From NCBI GenBank assembly GCA_031546845.1, contig JAVBJT010000038.1, positions 2,387-66,386 on the forward strand: 64,000 nt of DNA. Reading direction: 5' to 3'. Source of the stretch: Azoarcus sp. (lineage in GTDB: Bacteria; Pseudomonadota; Gammaproteobacteria; Burkholderiales; Rhodocyclaceae). The notes below the pieces were generated by a model, which ran no database searches, was not told the DNA's origin, and was given only the letters and a program-made list of their open reading frames with translations. Shown here piece by piece: positions 55,028-64,000 of this stretch. Both the position numbers and the translations under genes were made by a program. How positions within the stretch are numbered: the first letter of the stretch is position 1; each line of letters starts with the position of its first letter.

Positions 55028-57133
55028 ATGGAACCCATCTACATCTCCATCGGCCTACTGGCCGTTCTGCTGTTCGTGCTGTTCACGATGTTCGCCAAGT
55101 TCTACCGCAAGGTGGAACAAGGCTACGCGATGATCGTCAACACCCTGCGCAGCGAACCGGAGGTGACTTTCACCGGGCGCATGGTGTACCCGATCATCCA
55201 CAAGGCCGAGATGATGGATATCGCGCTCAAGACAGTGGAAATCGACCGCACCGGCAACGAAGGCCTGATCTGCCAGGACAACATCCGCGCCGACATCAAG
55301 GTGAAATTCTTCGTCCGCGTCAACAAGACCGCCGAGGACGTGCTCAAGGTTGCCCAAGGCATCGGCTGTCAGCGCGCCTCCAATCACGAAACGCTGGAAG
55401 AACTGTTTTCGGCCAAATTCTCCGAAGCGCTGAAAACGGTCGGCAAGGCCATGGATTTCGTCGAGCTATATCAGGCGCGCGACCGCTTCCGCGACGAAAT
55501 CATCCGCCAGATCGGTGACGATCTGTCCGGTTACGTGCTCGAAGACGCGGCCATCGATTACCTCGAACAGACGCCGCTTGCCAAACTCGACCCGAGCAAC
55601 ATCCTCGACGCCCAGGGGATCAAGAAGATCACCGAACTGACCGCGCAGGAAAACGTTCGCACCAACGAACTGCGCCGCAACGAGGAAATGCAGATCAAGA
55701 AAAAAGACGTCGAAACCAAGGAAACCCTGCTTGAGCTCGAACGTCAGCAGGCCGACGCCGAGGCGCGTCAGCAACGCGAAATCGCTTCCGTGCGCGCACG
55801 TGAGGAAGCCGAGGCCTCACGCGTCCGCTCCGAAGAGCATACCAAGGCCGAGCTCGCCCGCCTGCAGTCCGAACAATCCATCACCGTGCAACAGGAAAAC
55901 GTGCTGCGCGAAAAGGAAGTCGCCGAAAACAACCGCAAACGCGCCGTCGCGATCGAAGAAGAAAAAGTCATCCGCGCACGCGAACTGGAAATAGTCGACC
56001 GCGAAAAGGAAGTCACCCTGCAACAGATCGACAAGGAAAAAGCGGTCGAAGTGCAGAAGAAGGCCATTGCCGATGTCATCCGCGAACGCATCGTGGTCGA
56101 ACGCACCGTGGCCGAGCAGGAAGAAGCGATCAAAGAACTGCGCGTTGTCGCCGAAGCCGACCGTACGAAGAAATCCACCATCATCCTCGCCGAAGGCCAC
56201 GCCGAAGAAAAGATGGTGATGGAAGTCAAATCCGCCGAAGCGCAGGAACGCCGCGCCCGCCACAAGGCGACCGAGGAACTGACGCTGGCCGAAGCCAAGC
56301 TCAAGGTCGCCGAAAAAGACGCCGAGGCCAAAAAACGCGAAGCGGAAGGCATGGAAGCCATCGCCGCCGCGCCGGGGTTCGCCGCAGCCAAGGTCATGCT
56401 GGTCAACGCCGACGCGAAGGAAAAACAAGGCATGGTCGATGCCAAGGTGAAAATCGCCGAGGCCGAAGCCGTCGCCAAATACGGTCAGGCCGAAGCGGAT
56501 GCCTTGCATGCCCGCATGGAAGCCGAAGCGCAAGGCCAGGAAAAGCTCGGCCTTGCCAATGTCCAGGTACGCACTGCCGATGCCGACGCCACGGTGAAGA
56601 CCGGCTTGGCTGAAGCACAGGTCATCGAGGCGCGTTTCCAGGCCGAAGCCAAGGGGCTGCGGGAAAAATTCGAGGCAATGGCGGCGATGAGCCCGGATAC
56701 CCGCGCGCACGAGGAATTCCGTATGCGGCTTGGCAACGCCCACATCGAAACGCTGAAAACCATCGACGCCCAAGCCGGCATTGCCCGCGAGCAGGCCGAG
56801 GTGCTTGGCACCGCGCTCGGCAACGCCAAGATCGACATCGTCGGCGGCCAGGGCGATTACTTCGAGCGCTTCGTCAATGCGCTCGCCGTCGGCAAGGGTA
56901 TCGACGGCGCCATCGCCAAGAGCAACACCCTACAGATCGCGCTGAAAGACCACCTCACCGGAGAACGCGACCTCGTCGGCGACCTGCAAGGCCTCGTCGG
57001 CGCGCTTGGCAGTTCCACCGGCGAGCTGCAGAACCTCGGCGTCACCGCGTTGCTGGCCAAAATCGCGCGCGATGGCGATGAGACACAGAAAAACGCGCTG
57101 CATACCTTGCTCGACAGCCATCGCAAAAACTGA
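55028..57133 (+). CDS. Flotillin/SPFH (band-7) family protein, YqiK-like, with very long Glu/Ala/Lys-rich coiled-coil (701 aa)
   Basis: N-terminal TM helix, SPFH domain, ~400 aa EA-rich helical repeats. Confidence 0.8.
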   Translation: MEPIYISIGLLAVLLFVLFTMFAKFYRKVEQGYAMIVNTLRSEPEVTFTGRMVYPIIHKAEMMDIALKTVEIDRTGNEGLICQDNIRADIKVKFFVRVNKTAEDVLKVAQGIGCQRASNHETLEELFSAKFSEALKTVGKAMDFVELYQARDRFRDEIIRQIGDDLSGYVLEDAAIDYLEQTPLAKLDPSNILDAQGIKKITELTAQENVRTNELRRNEEMQIKKKDVETKETLLELERQQADAEARQQREIASVRAREEAEASRVRSEEHTKAELARLQSEQSITVQQENVLREKEVAENNRKRAVAIEEEKVIRARELEIVDREKEVTLQQIDKEKAVEVQKKAIADVIRERIVVERTVAEQEEAIKELRVVAEADRTKKSTIILAEGHAEEKMVMEVKSAEAQERRARHKATEELTLAEAKLKVAEKDAEAKKREAEGMEAIAAAPGFAAAKVMLVNADAKEKQGMVDAKVKIAEAEAVAKYGQAEADALHARMEAEAQGQEKLGLANVQVRTADADATVKTGLAEAQVIEARFQAEAKGLREKFEAMAAMSPDTRAHEEFRMRLGNAHIETLKTIDAQAGIAREQAEVLGTALGNAKIDIVGGQGDYFERFVNALAVGKGIDGAIAKSNTLQIALKDHLTGERDLVGDLQGLVGALGSSTGELQNLGVTALLAKIARDGDETQKNALHTLLDSHRKN

Positions 57134-57147
57134 AGAGCAACACGACA

Positions 57148-57711
57148 ATGCGCAAACTTCACTGTACCTGCAGCGCCCATGCGGAACTCGACGGCCATCT
57201 CCTCGCACCCGGCCTTACCGCACAACGCTGCCCGACCTGCGGTAACGTCCTGCTCGCGCTCGACGATTACCGCCGCTGGCGGGAGCGCCAACCCGCCAGT
57301 GGCACAGTGACAACCCCATCGGCGAACGGCGCGAAGCCCGAATCCGGAGCAGCCGCGCAAGCGCGCCATTGCCCCGCCTGCCAGCGCTTGATGAGCCGGC
57401 ACCGTAGCGGCACCGCGCCGGACTTCCACCTCGACCGGTGCAGTCCGTGCCAACTGGTATGGCTGGACGACGGTGAATGGCAGCAACTCGAAGAAGCCGG
57501 CCTTGCCACCCAGCTCGACATCGTGCTGACCGATGCCTGGCAACAGCGCATTCAAGCAGCCGAAATGCAGGCGGGCCGTGACGCCGCGCTGCGCGCCCGG
57601 CTCGGCGATGAAACCTTTGCCGAAGTCCGTCGCCTGCAATCCTGGCTGGATGACCACCCGCAGCGCGCCGCAATCCTTGCCGAACTCAACGTCAAGCGCC
57701 GGGCGGGCTGA
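57148..57711 (+). CDS. Double zinc-ribbon protein (zf-TFIIB-like ribbons)
   Basis: Two CxxC...CxxC units (CPTCGNVLL...; CPACQRLMSRH...CSPCQLVWLDDGEWQQLEE) matching C-P-x-C-G / C-x-x-C-x-G-x-W-L-D pattern. Confidence 0.55.
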   Translation: MRKLHCTCSAHAELDGHLLAPGLTAQRCPTCGNVLLALDDYRRWRERQPASGTVTTPSANGAKPESGAAAQARHCPACQRLMSRHRSGTAPDFHLDRCSPCQLVWLDDGEWQQLEEAGLATQLDIVLTDAWQQRIQAAEMQAGRDAALRARLGDETFAEVRRLQSWLDDHPQRAAILAELNVKRRAG

Positions 57712-57770
57712 TCGCCCCTCCCCGACTTAGACGCCACTACTCCGACACCGCTACGCCGACACGGAAGATC

Positions 57771-60700
57771 ATGTCCGATCCGACCTTTCTCGCAGCCGCC
57801 AATCCCACCGAAACCTTGACGGCCGACAGCGGCAGCTACGAGCTGCTGAAAAAGCGGCTTACCGACCGCGGCGCCACGCTGCAACGGAAAACGCGCAGCC
57901 TCAACGACGCGCGGCTGAAGGAGTTCGGCCGTGCCGAACAATCGCTGGTACTGCGCACCCGCGCCCGCACCGAAAACAACTGCATCGCCCGCGATCTGGT
58001 GTATATCGGCGATCTGCTGCTGTTCGGCTACAACGTCTTCATCGGCCTGCGCAAGGAAATCACCGTCGGCGACGTATTTGCCCTCTACCGCTTCAAGGCC
58101 CAGGGCGACGCCGAGGAACTCGAAGCCGTGCCCACCGCGGGCACCTTCCTTGACGATCCGCGCTTCAATGCCGACTTCCGCGAACTGTACGCCTACTACA
58201 AGCAAGCGAATCTGATTCAGTTGCGCGTACATCAGCAAAAACTGCTGGCCGCCTTCCAGATCGGCGAGCAGGCGCACGACATGCGCGTGTTTCGCTGGGA
58301 GTTGGAAGCCGGCGGCAACATCCGCTACATCGACAATCGCGGCGAGCGCGACATTGCGCTGCCGCCGACACACGATTTCGAATGGACCGTCACCACACGC
58401 GATAACCACGTCGGCGGGAAATATCCCCACATCAATATTCTCGACACCATTTTCGTCGAAACCACGGGTGGCGACCTCACGGTCAAGATTGAGAACAACA
58501 CCGAAAGCGGACTCGGCATTTACGCCGAACCGGTGGAAGATCGCAACCAATCGCTCGCCGACGCGGAAATCGCCTACGCCCGCCTCGGCGCGCTGATCCT
58601 GCTGAAAATCCGTCCCTACCGCGAGAAGGACGAGCGCTTCCTTGTTTTCAACGCGCGCACCCGCCAGGTTGTGCGCATCGACGCCATCGGGCGCTCCTGC
58701 GTACAGTTACCGGAAGACCACGGCATCATCTTTCCCGGCGGTTATTACCTGCAATCCGGCGAACACAAGCGTTTCGACCTTCCCGTCGAAACAGCAGTCG
58801 GCGCGCTGCGCTTCAAGCGCATGCTGCGCTCGCCCAACGGCGAGGACGTGCTTTATGTTTTCTACCAACCGGGCACGGGTCTTTATGCGCTGTTCTCCTA
58901 CAACCTGATCGAAAAAACGCTGAGCGCGCCCATCCTCTGCAACGGCTACGCCCGCTTCGACGACGGCCGATTCCTCGTCTTCCAGGCGGAAGGCCCGGAA
59001 CCGACGCGCAACCACCCGATGCAGTTGTGGCAAACGCCTTTCGCCAGCGACGACTATGCCGCCGACACGAATGGCGCCCAGGGGTTTTTCGCCCGCATCG
59101 GCAACCCCGAACTGGTGCGCGGCATCTCTGAGCTAACCGCCATCGCCCGCGCAGTCGACGAACAAACGCCCACGCGCGCCGCATACGAAGCGCTGATCCA
59201 GCACTGTGAGCGAGCGCTCGACGCCTATTTCTGGCTCGGTGCAGCCGAAACCGACAGCCTGGAAACCGACGTGCGCGCCATTGCCGACGGTGCTCACGCC
59301 ACGCTGAACGAGTTCGACAAAGTCGAAAGCATCCGCCGCGACACCGCGCGCACACTGGCCGATGCCGAAGCGCGCCAGCGCGCTCTTCTCACCGACATCG
59401 CCAGCATGTTGTGGCAGCAGCCAGACGATTTCGTCCGTGCGCTCGGCCTGCTGCGCGAGCAGCGCGGCCGCCTGAAAACACTGGAAGAACTGCGCTACGC
59501 CGATCTGCCCGGCATTGCCACGATGGACCAAGCCCTGTCCACCGAACAGCAACGCATCGGCGAACGCGCCGTGCGTTTCCTGGCCGAAGAGCAAGCCTTC
59601 GACGGCCAACGCCGCGAGCTCGCGCGCATTGCCTCCGCCTTGCCCGCCACCGCAACCAGCACCGACATCGCCACCCTGCTGGCCGAACTCGACCGTATCG
59701 CGGCCGGGCTCGACCTGCTCACCGAGCAGCTCGGCAGCTTGCCCGGTGGGGACGCGGTGGTGCGCACCCGCATCCTCGATAACATTTCGGCCATTTACGC
59801 CGACGTCAACCGATTGCGCGCCGAAGCCCGCAACCGGCGCAAATCACTCGGCGCCACGGAGGCCACGGCCGAATTCGGCGCGCAATTCAAACTCTTCGGC
59901 CAGGCGGTGGAAAACGCGCTGGAACTGGCCGACACACCGGAAAAATGCGACGACGCGCTGACCCGATTGCTCGCCCAGCTTGAAGAACTCGAAGGCCGCT
60001 TCGCCGAACACGAAAACTTCGCCGACGACATCGCAGCCAAGCGCGAATCGGTGTACGAAGCCCTCTCGGCTCGCCGTCAAAGCCTGCTCGAAGCCCGCCA
60101 GCGCCGCGCCCAGGCGCTTACCGACGCAGCAGGCCGTATCCTCGACGGCATTCCACGCCGCATCGCCACATTCGGCGAAATCGAACAAGTACACACCTAT
60201 TTCGCCGCCGATGCGCTCGTCGCCAAACTGCGCAAACAAATCGACGACCTACGCGCGCTCGGCGCCGCGGTCGCCGCCGACGATCTCGACACGCGTCTCA
60301 AAACCGCGCGCGATCAAGCGCTGCGCACCGTGCGCGACCGCCATGAACTGGTCGCCGACGACGGGCAAACGCTGCGCCTGGGGCGCCATACCTTCACCAT
60401 CAACCGGCAATCGCTCGATCTCACGCTGGTGCCCAAGGACAGCTCACTCGCCTTCCATCTCAGCGGCACCGACTACTTCTCACCGGTCGAAGACACGCGC
60501 CTCGATACACTCAAACCCTACTGGGAACAGGCGCTGGTATCGGAAAGCGCGGAACTGTATCGCGCAGAGTATCTTGCCGGCGCACTGCTCGACGCGGTGC
60601 AATCCGGCTCCGGCCCCCTCTCCTGGAACGATCTGCTCGCCCTGTGCGCAGGTAATGGCAACGATCCAGCGCACGGCCGCCGCCTGCTCGATGCCATCCG

Positions 60701-63002
60701 CGAATTCAGCGCCACGCGCTACCAGGAGGGATACCAAAAAGGCGTCCACGATCACGACGCTGTGCATCTCCTCAGCGCGCTGACGACGATGCAGGCCGCA
60801 GCCGGCCTGCTCGTCGACGCCCCCGAAGCGCGCGCCCTCGCCCTCCTCTACTGGCAATATAGCGACGACGCCGAACATGAGGCATTGCAACGCCGAGCCC
60901 GCTCCGCACTGCAGTTGTTTGAACAGTTTGCCGCGCCCGATTGTCTGCAACGCCTCGAACGCGACTGTGCCGAACAACTCACAGCCTTCGCGCCGGGCTT
61001 CGGCTTCACCGCCGCCGACGACACATTGGTCCCCCAGGCCGCGCATTACCTGGTACGCCAACTGGCCTCACCACGCGGCGCCGAAGCCTGGGTCGTCTCC
61101 GGCGCCGGCGCCGATCTTGCTCAAGCCTTGCTGCGCCAACTTGAGCACCGTGGGCAACTCGCGGAATGGCAGCGCGATCTCGACGCCGCGCCATCGGCCG
61201 AACGCTGGCGGCTGGCGCTCGACTGGGTCACCGCTTTCACTACCGCCGATCCGGCCAACCGGTCCGCCCTCCCCTGGATTGCCGACGCCGCCACCCAACT
61301 TGCCGTGCCACTAGAGCGCGCACGGGTCAATGCCAATCTCGACCGCACAATCGACGGCTTGCTCGGTGAACACCCGCGTATCGCCAATGGATCGGCAACA
61401 CTCAACCTGAACGACTTCCGCCGCCGCTATCTGCATCACCACAACGTCGTCGTCCCCGCCTTCGAACGCCTGCAAGCGCTACGCCTGGATATCGTCGCAA
61501 CCGAAAAGCATCGCCTGCGCCTCGGCCAATTCCAAGCCAAACCGCTGTCGTCCTTCGTCCGTAACCGCCTGCTCGACGAAGTCTATCTGCCCATCATCGG
61601 CGACAACCTCGCCAAGCAGATCGGCGCTGCCGGCGACGCCAACCGTACCGACCGCATGGGTCTGCTGCTACTCATCTCGCCACCGGGGTACGGCAAGACT
61701 ACATTGATGGAATACGTCGCCGATCGCCTCGGCCTCATTTTCGTGCGCATCAACTGCCCCACGCTCGGCCACGACACCACCACGCTCGACCCCGCCAGCG
61801 CCCATCACAGCGCCGCGCGCCAGGAATTGGAAAAACTCAATCTCGGCCTGACGATGGGCAACAACGTCATGCTGTATCTGGACGACATCCAGCACACCAG
61901 CCCCGAATTCCTGCAAAAATTCATCGCGCTGGCTGACGGCACCCGTCGCATCGAAGCAGTTCTCGACGGCGAATCCAGAACCTGCGATCTACGCGGCAAA
62001 CGCTTTGCCATCGTCATGGCTGGCAATCCGTATACCGAATCCGGCGACGTATTCAAAATCCCCGACATGCTCGCCAACCGCGCCGATATCTACAACCTTG
62101 GCGACGTACTCTCGGGGCGCGAAAAACTGTTTGCCCTGTCCTACATCGAGAACAGCCTTACCGCTAATCCGCTGCTACAACCATTGGCCGCGCGCGACCC
62201 GAAAGACGTCCATCTGCTGGTACGCATGGCCGAAGGCGAAGAGGTGGCCGCGAGCGACTTCAGCCACGGCTACAGCAGCGCCGAACTGACCGAACTCAGC
62301 ACGCTGATTCAGCGCCTGTTCCGCGCCCGCGACCTGCTGCTGAAGGTCAACCTCGCCTACATCGACTCCGCCGCGCAACATGACGCCTATCGCACGGAAC
62401 CGCCATTCAAGCTACAAGGCAGCTACCGCAACATGACCAAACTCGCCGCGCGCATCACCCCGCTGATGCACGACGACGAACTCGACGCCCTGCTGCGCGA
62501 CCACTATCGCGGCGAAGCACAAACCCTCACGAATGGCGCCGAGGAAAACTTGCTCAAGCTCGCCGAACTGCTCGGTAGCCAGAATGCCGAGGAAGCGGCG
62601 CGCTGGACTGAGATCCGTACCGACTTCGTGCGCAACCGTAAGCTCGGTGGCAGCGACACCGACGGCGCCACACGCATCTCCGCCACGTTGCTCGACGTCG
62701 CTCAAGCGATCGATAAACTGAAAACAGATACTTCCCTTGATCACAGCCTGCGCGCGGGCCTCGCCGAACTCACCGCGACACTGGCCAAACTACAGCCGAC
62801 AATCGAAATCGGCGCGCCCGACACCAGCGGCTTTGCCGATACATTGCGTGAAATGCGTGAGAATTACGACAAAGTACTGCTCCCACTGGTCACCGCAACC
62901 TATCGCAAAATGCGCCTGGATCACTCGCTGTGGGAAGAAATGAAGCGGCTCTCCACGCTCACGGCGCGTCTGGATGAACACTTGTTTTCAGAGGAAAAAT
63001 AA
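57771..63002 (+). CDS. Giant 1743-aa multidomain protein with C-terminal AAA+ ATPase module (Walker A SPPGYGKTT, Walker B VMLYLDD, sensor-1 AIVMAGNPY)
   Basis: Single uninterrupted ORF; N-terminal ~650 aa beta-rich, central ~700 aa helical/coiled-coil, AAA+ core at residues ~1285-1450, ~290-aa helical tail. Confidence 0.6.
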   Translation: MSDPTFLAAANPTETLTADSGSYELLKKRLTDRGATLQRKTRSLNDARLKEFGRAEQSLVLRTRARTENNCIARDLVYIGDLLLFGYNVFIGLRKEITVGDVFALYRFKAQGDAEELEAVPTAGTFLDDPRFNADFRELYAYYKQANLIQLRVHQQKLLAAFQIGEQAHDMRVFRWELEAGGNIRYIDNRGERDIALPPTHDFEWTVTTRDNHVGGKYPHINILDTIFVETTGGDLTVKIENNTESGLGIYAEPVEDRNQSLADAEIAYARLGALILLKIRPYREKDERFLVFNARTRQVVRIDAIGRSCVQLPEDHGIIFPGGYYLQSGEHKRFDLPVETAVGALRFKRMLRSPNGEDVLYVFYQPGTGLYALFSYNLIEKTLSAPILCNGYARFDDGRFLVFQAEGPEPTRNHPMQLWQTPFASDDYAADTNGAQGFFARIGNPELVRGISELTAIARAVDEQTPTRAAYEALIQHCERALDAYFWLGAAETDSLETDVRAIADGAHATLNEFDKVESIRRDTARTLADAEARQRALLTDIASMLWQQPDDFVRALGLLREQRGRLKTLEELRYADLPGIATMDQALSTEQQRIGERAVRFLAEEQAFDGQRRELARIASALPATATSTDIATLLAELDRIAAGLDLLTEQLGSLPGGDAVVRTRILDNISAIYADVNRLRAEARNRRKSLGATEATAEFGAQFKLFGQAVENALELADTPEKCDDALTRLLAQLEELEGRFAEHENFADDIAAKRESVYEALSARRQSLLEARQRRAQALTDAAGRILDGIPRRIATFGEIEQVHTYFAADALVAKLRKQIDDLRALGAAVAADDLDTRLKTARDQALRTVRDRHELVADDGQTLRLGRHTFTINRQSLDLTLVPKDSSLAFHLSGTDYFSPVEDTRLDTLKPYWEQALVSESAELYRAEYLAGALLDAVQSGSGPLSWNDLLALCAGNGNDPAHGRRLLDAIREFSATRYQEGYQKGVHDHDAVHLLSALTTMQAAAGLLVDAPEARALALLYWQYSDDAEHEALQRRARSALQLFEQFAAPDCLQRLERDCAEQLTAFAPGFGFTAADDTLVPQAAHYLVRQLASPRGAEAWVVSGAGADLAQALLRQLEHRGQLAEWQRDLDAAPSAERWRLALDWVTAFTTADPANRSALPWIADAATQLAVPLERARVNANLDRTIDGLLGEHPRIANGSATLNLNDFRRRYLHHHNVVVPAFERLQALRLDIVATEKHRLRLGQFQAKPLSSFVRNRLLDEVYLPIIGDNLAKQIGAAGDANRTDRMGLLLLISPPGYGKTTLMEYVADRLGLIFVRINCPTLGHDTTTLDPASAHHSAARQELEKLNLGLTMGNNVMLYLDDIQHTSPEFLQKFIALADGTRRIEAVLDGESRTCDLRGKRFAIVMAGNPYTESGDVFKIPDMLANRADIYNLGDVLSGREKLFALSYIENSLTANPLLQPLAARDPKDVHLLVRMAEGEEVAASDFSHGYSSAELTELSTLIQRLFRARDLLLKVNLAYIDSAAQHDAYRTEPPFKLQGSYRNMTKLAARITPLMHDDELDALLRDHYRGEAQTLTNGAEENLLKLAELLGSQNAEEAARWTEIRTDFVRNRKLGGSDTDGATRISATLLDVAQAIDKLKTDTSLDHSLRAGLAELTATLAKLQPTIEIGAPDTSGFADTLREMRENYDKVLLPLVTATYRKMRLDHSLWEEMKRLSTLTARLDEHLFSEEK

Positions 63003-63040
63003 ACCGAGGCGCTTTGCTCGACCTCCATCGGCTGAGGCAG

Positions 63041-63766
63041 TCAGAAACGCAGGTCGAGTTTCAGTTCAACATCCGGGCTGCGCTCGCCGTTTTCAAGATT
63101 CATGTCCCACCCCATGCGATAGTGCAGTGTGGCGCCATCGCGAATGAAGTAGCGGCCGCTCAGTTGGGGCGTCATCTGGTCGATGCTGACCTGGGGACGC
63201 GAGCCATCTCGGCGGAGTGCGCCTTGCCCATTCAATCCCAGTGAAACCGAGTTGTTCAGCGCATAGGATGTGGTGAGCGTGTAGTTTGCGCCGAGCCCGG
63301 GACCATCTGTATCGGCGAGCTTTCCGAGCGACATGTCCGCATCGAGGGCGAGCCCGCCCTGTTGCATTCTGAAGGTCGGCTTCAACGCGAGCCCCCAGGC
63401 CGATGCGTCCCGCTGTCGGCTAGCATGCACGCCCAGATCGAACTTACCCGGCAGTATGCCGTCGAGCCCGTCGACACGCAGTTTCTGGTCGACGGTCAGC
63501 CGGCTGAACTGCGGCGCGCTGCCTTCCTGCGAGGTTGTGGCGAGGTCGAAGCGCGTCCGGCCGATATCGCCAGGCGGCAGTTCAAGATGCATCCCCAGTT
63601 CGTCCGTGCCGCCAGACTCTCCGGAACTACCCGCGCGCAGGCTGAGCCGCGGATCATCGTCATACGTTGAAAGCAGGCGCGGAGACAACTGATCGGCCGC
63701 GAACACAGGTGCGACAAACGCAAAACCAATCAGCAATGGAATGAAAATATGGAAAATCGGCCACAT
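63041..63766 (-). CDS. Hypothetical outer-membrane beta-barrel protein (signal peptide, C-terminal Phe)
   Basis: 241-aa ORF; signal peptide MWPIFHIFIPLLIGFAFVAPVFAA; alternating amphipathic strands; terminal ...LKLDLRF. Confidence 0.5.
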   Translation of the reverse strand: MWPIFHIFIPLLIGFAFVAPVFAADQLSPRLLSTYDDDPRLSLRAGSSGESGGTDELGMHLELPPGDIGRTRFDLATTSQEGSAPQFSRLTVDQKLRVDGLDGILPGKFDLGVHASRQRDASAWGLALKPTFRMQQGGLALDADMSLGKLADTDGPGLGANYTLTTSYALNNSVSLGLNGQGALRRDGSRPQVSIDQMTPQLSGRYFIRDGATLHYRMGWDMNLENGERSPDVELKLDLRF

Positions 63767-63849
63767 TGAAGTGGGAAGACTATCGTATCGCGCGCTCTAC
63801 TCTCGTTACAGAATTTGTCAGTCCGATACAGTGCCTACATCCGAACATA

Positions 63850-63899
63850 ACGTGCTTTCCAAAGCACAAACCCCTCAGGCCTAGAGGACTGAGGGGTTT
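63850..63899 (-). terminator. rRNA operon terminator hairpin downstream of 5S rRNA
   Basis: aaacccctcaggcctagaggactgaggggttt inverted repeat immediately 3' of the 5S gene on minus strand. Confidence 0.5.
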
Positions 63900-63913
63900 G
63901 TAGTTATGGGGTA

Positions 63914-64000
63914 GTCTGACGATGACCTACTTTCACGAGAGCGGATCTCACTATCATCGGCGCGGTCCTGTTTCACGGTCCTGTTCGGGATGGGCAGGGG
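63914..64000 (-). rRNA. rrf: 5S ribosomal RNA, 3' portion (5' end beyond window)
   Basis: Minus-strand CCCATCCCGAACAGGACCGTGAAACAGGACCGCGCCGATGATAGTGAGATCCGCTCTCGTGAAAGTAGGTCATCGTCAGAC matches the conserved 5S core (CCGAAC...GTGAAAC...GCCGATGGTAGTG...GAGAGTAGG). Confidence 0.8.

Noticed and set aside
55700-56700. Highly repetitive GAA/GCC-rich stretch in the flotillin gene
   Set aside because: It encodes the Glu/Ala/Lys-rich coiled-coil typical of long flotillins. It is in frame, with no spacer/repeat structure.

Overview
High-GC (~65%) chromosomal window, probably betaproteobacterial judging by gene order. About 65 coding genes, two tRNAs and a partial 5S rRNA gene can be supported from the sequence. 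Three things stand out against an otherwise ordinary housekeeping background.

1–15 kb is a conserved housekeeping block on the minus strand: purA, hisZ, DUF2065, hflC, hflK, hflX, hfq, der, bamB, yfgM, hisS, ispG, rodZ, pilW, rlmN, ndk.

15–22 kb carries a TRAP C4-dicarboxylate transporter (dctP, dctQ, dctM) with a divergent FixL/FixJ-type two-component pair (DctS/DctR-like).

22–41 kb holds tilS, accA, a CorC/HlyC transporter, BI-1, tRNA-Leu(TAA), minCDE, a Cys-less Hsp33 homologue, a YffB-like ArsC-family protein, tex, the Pat protein acetyltransferase, a PAS histidine kinase, a PQQ sugar dehydrogenase, an SDR, and an Xre/RES toxin-antitoxin pair.

(a) 41.8–48.05 kb is a decayed genomic island abutting tRNA-fMet. 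Its GC falls to 33–50%. It contains a duplicated ~105-bp att-like segment, a serine-recombinase remnant disrupted by an IS3-family element, an IS3 orfA fossil, a solo HsdR-N-like PD-(D/E)xK protein, a promoter-to-terminator small-RNA candidate, and an AT-rich membrane ORF.

(b) 52.75–63.0 kb is a seven-gene plus-strand array between ubiG and a partial 5S rRNA gene. It combines DUF2170, PspA/IM30, a tandem-RHH-like small protein, an NfeD-like protein, a 701-aa flotillin, a double zinc-ribbon protein and a 1743-aa protein with a C-terminal AAA+ ATPase. It sits behind a promoter carrying a perfect 17-bp-arm palindrome. This is the most novel-looking system in the window.

(c) Smaller oddities include a Ser/Thr-kinase–cNMP-binding fusion and a DctQ with an acidic His-rich tail.

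Protein identifications are from motif and sequence recall, since no tools were available. They are not database hits.
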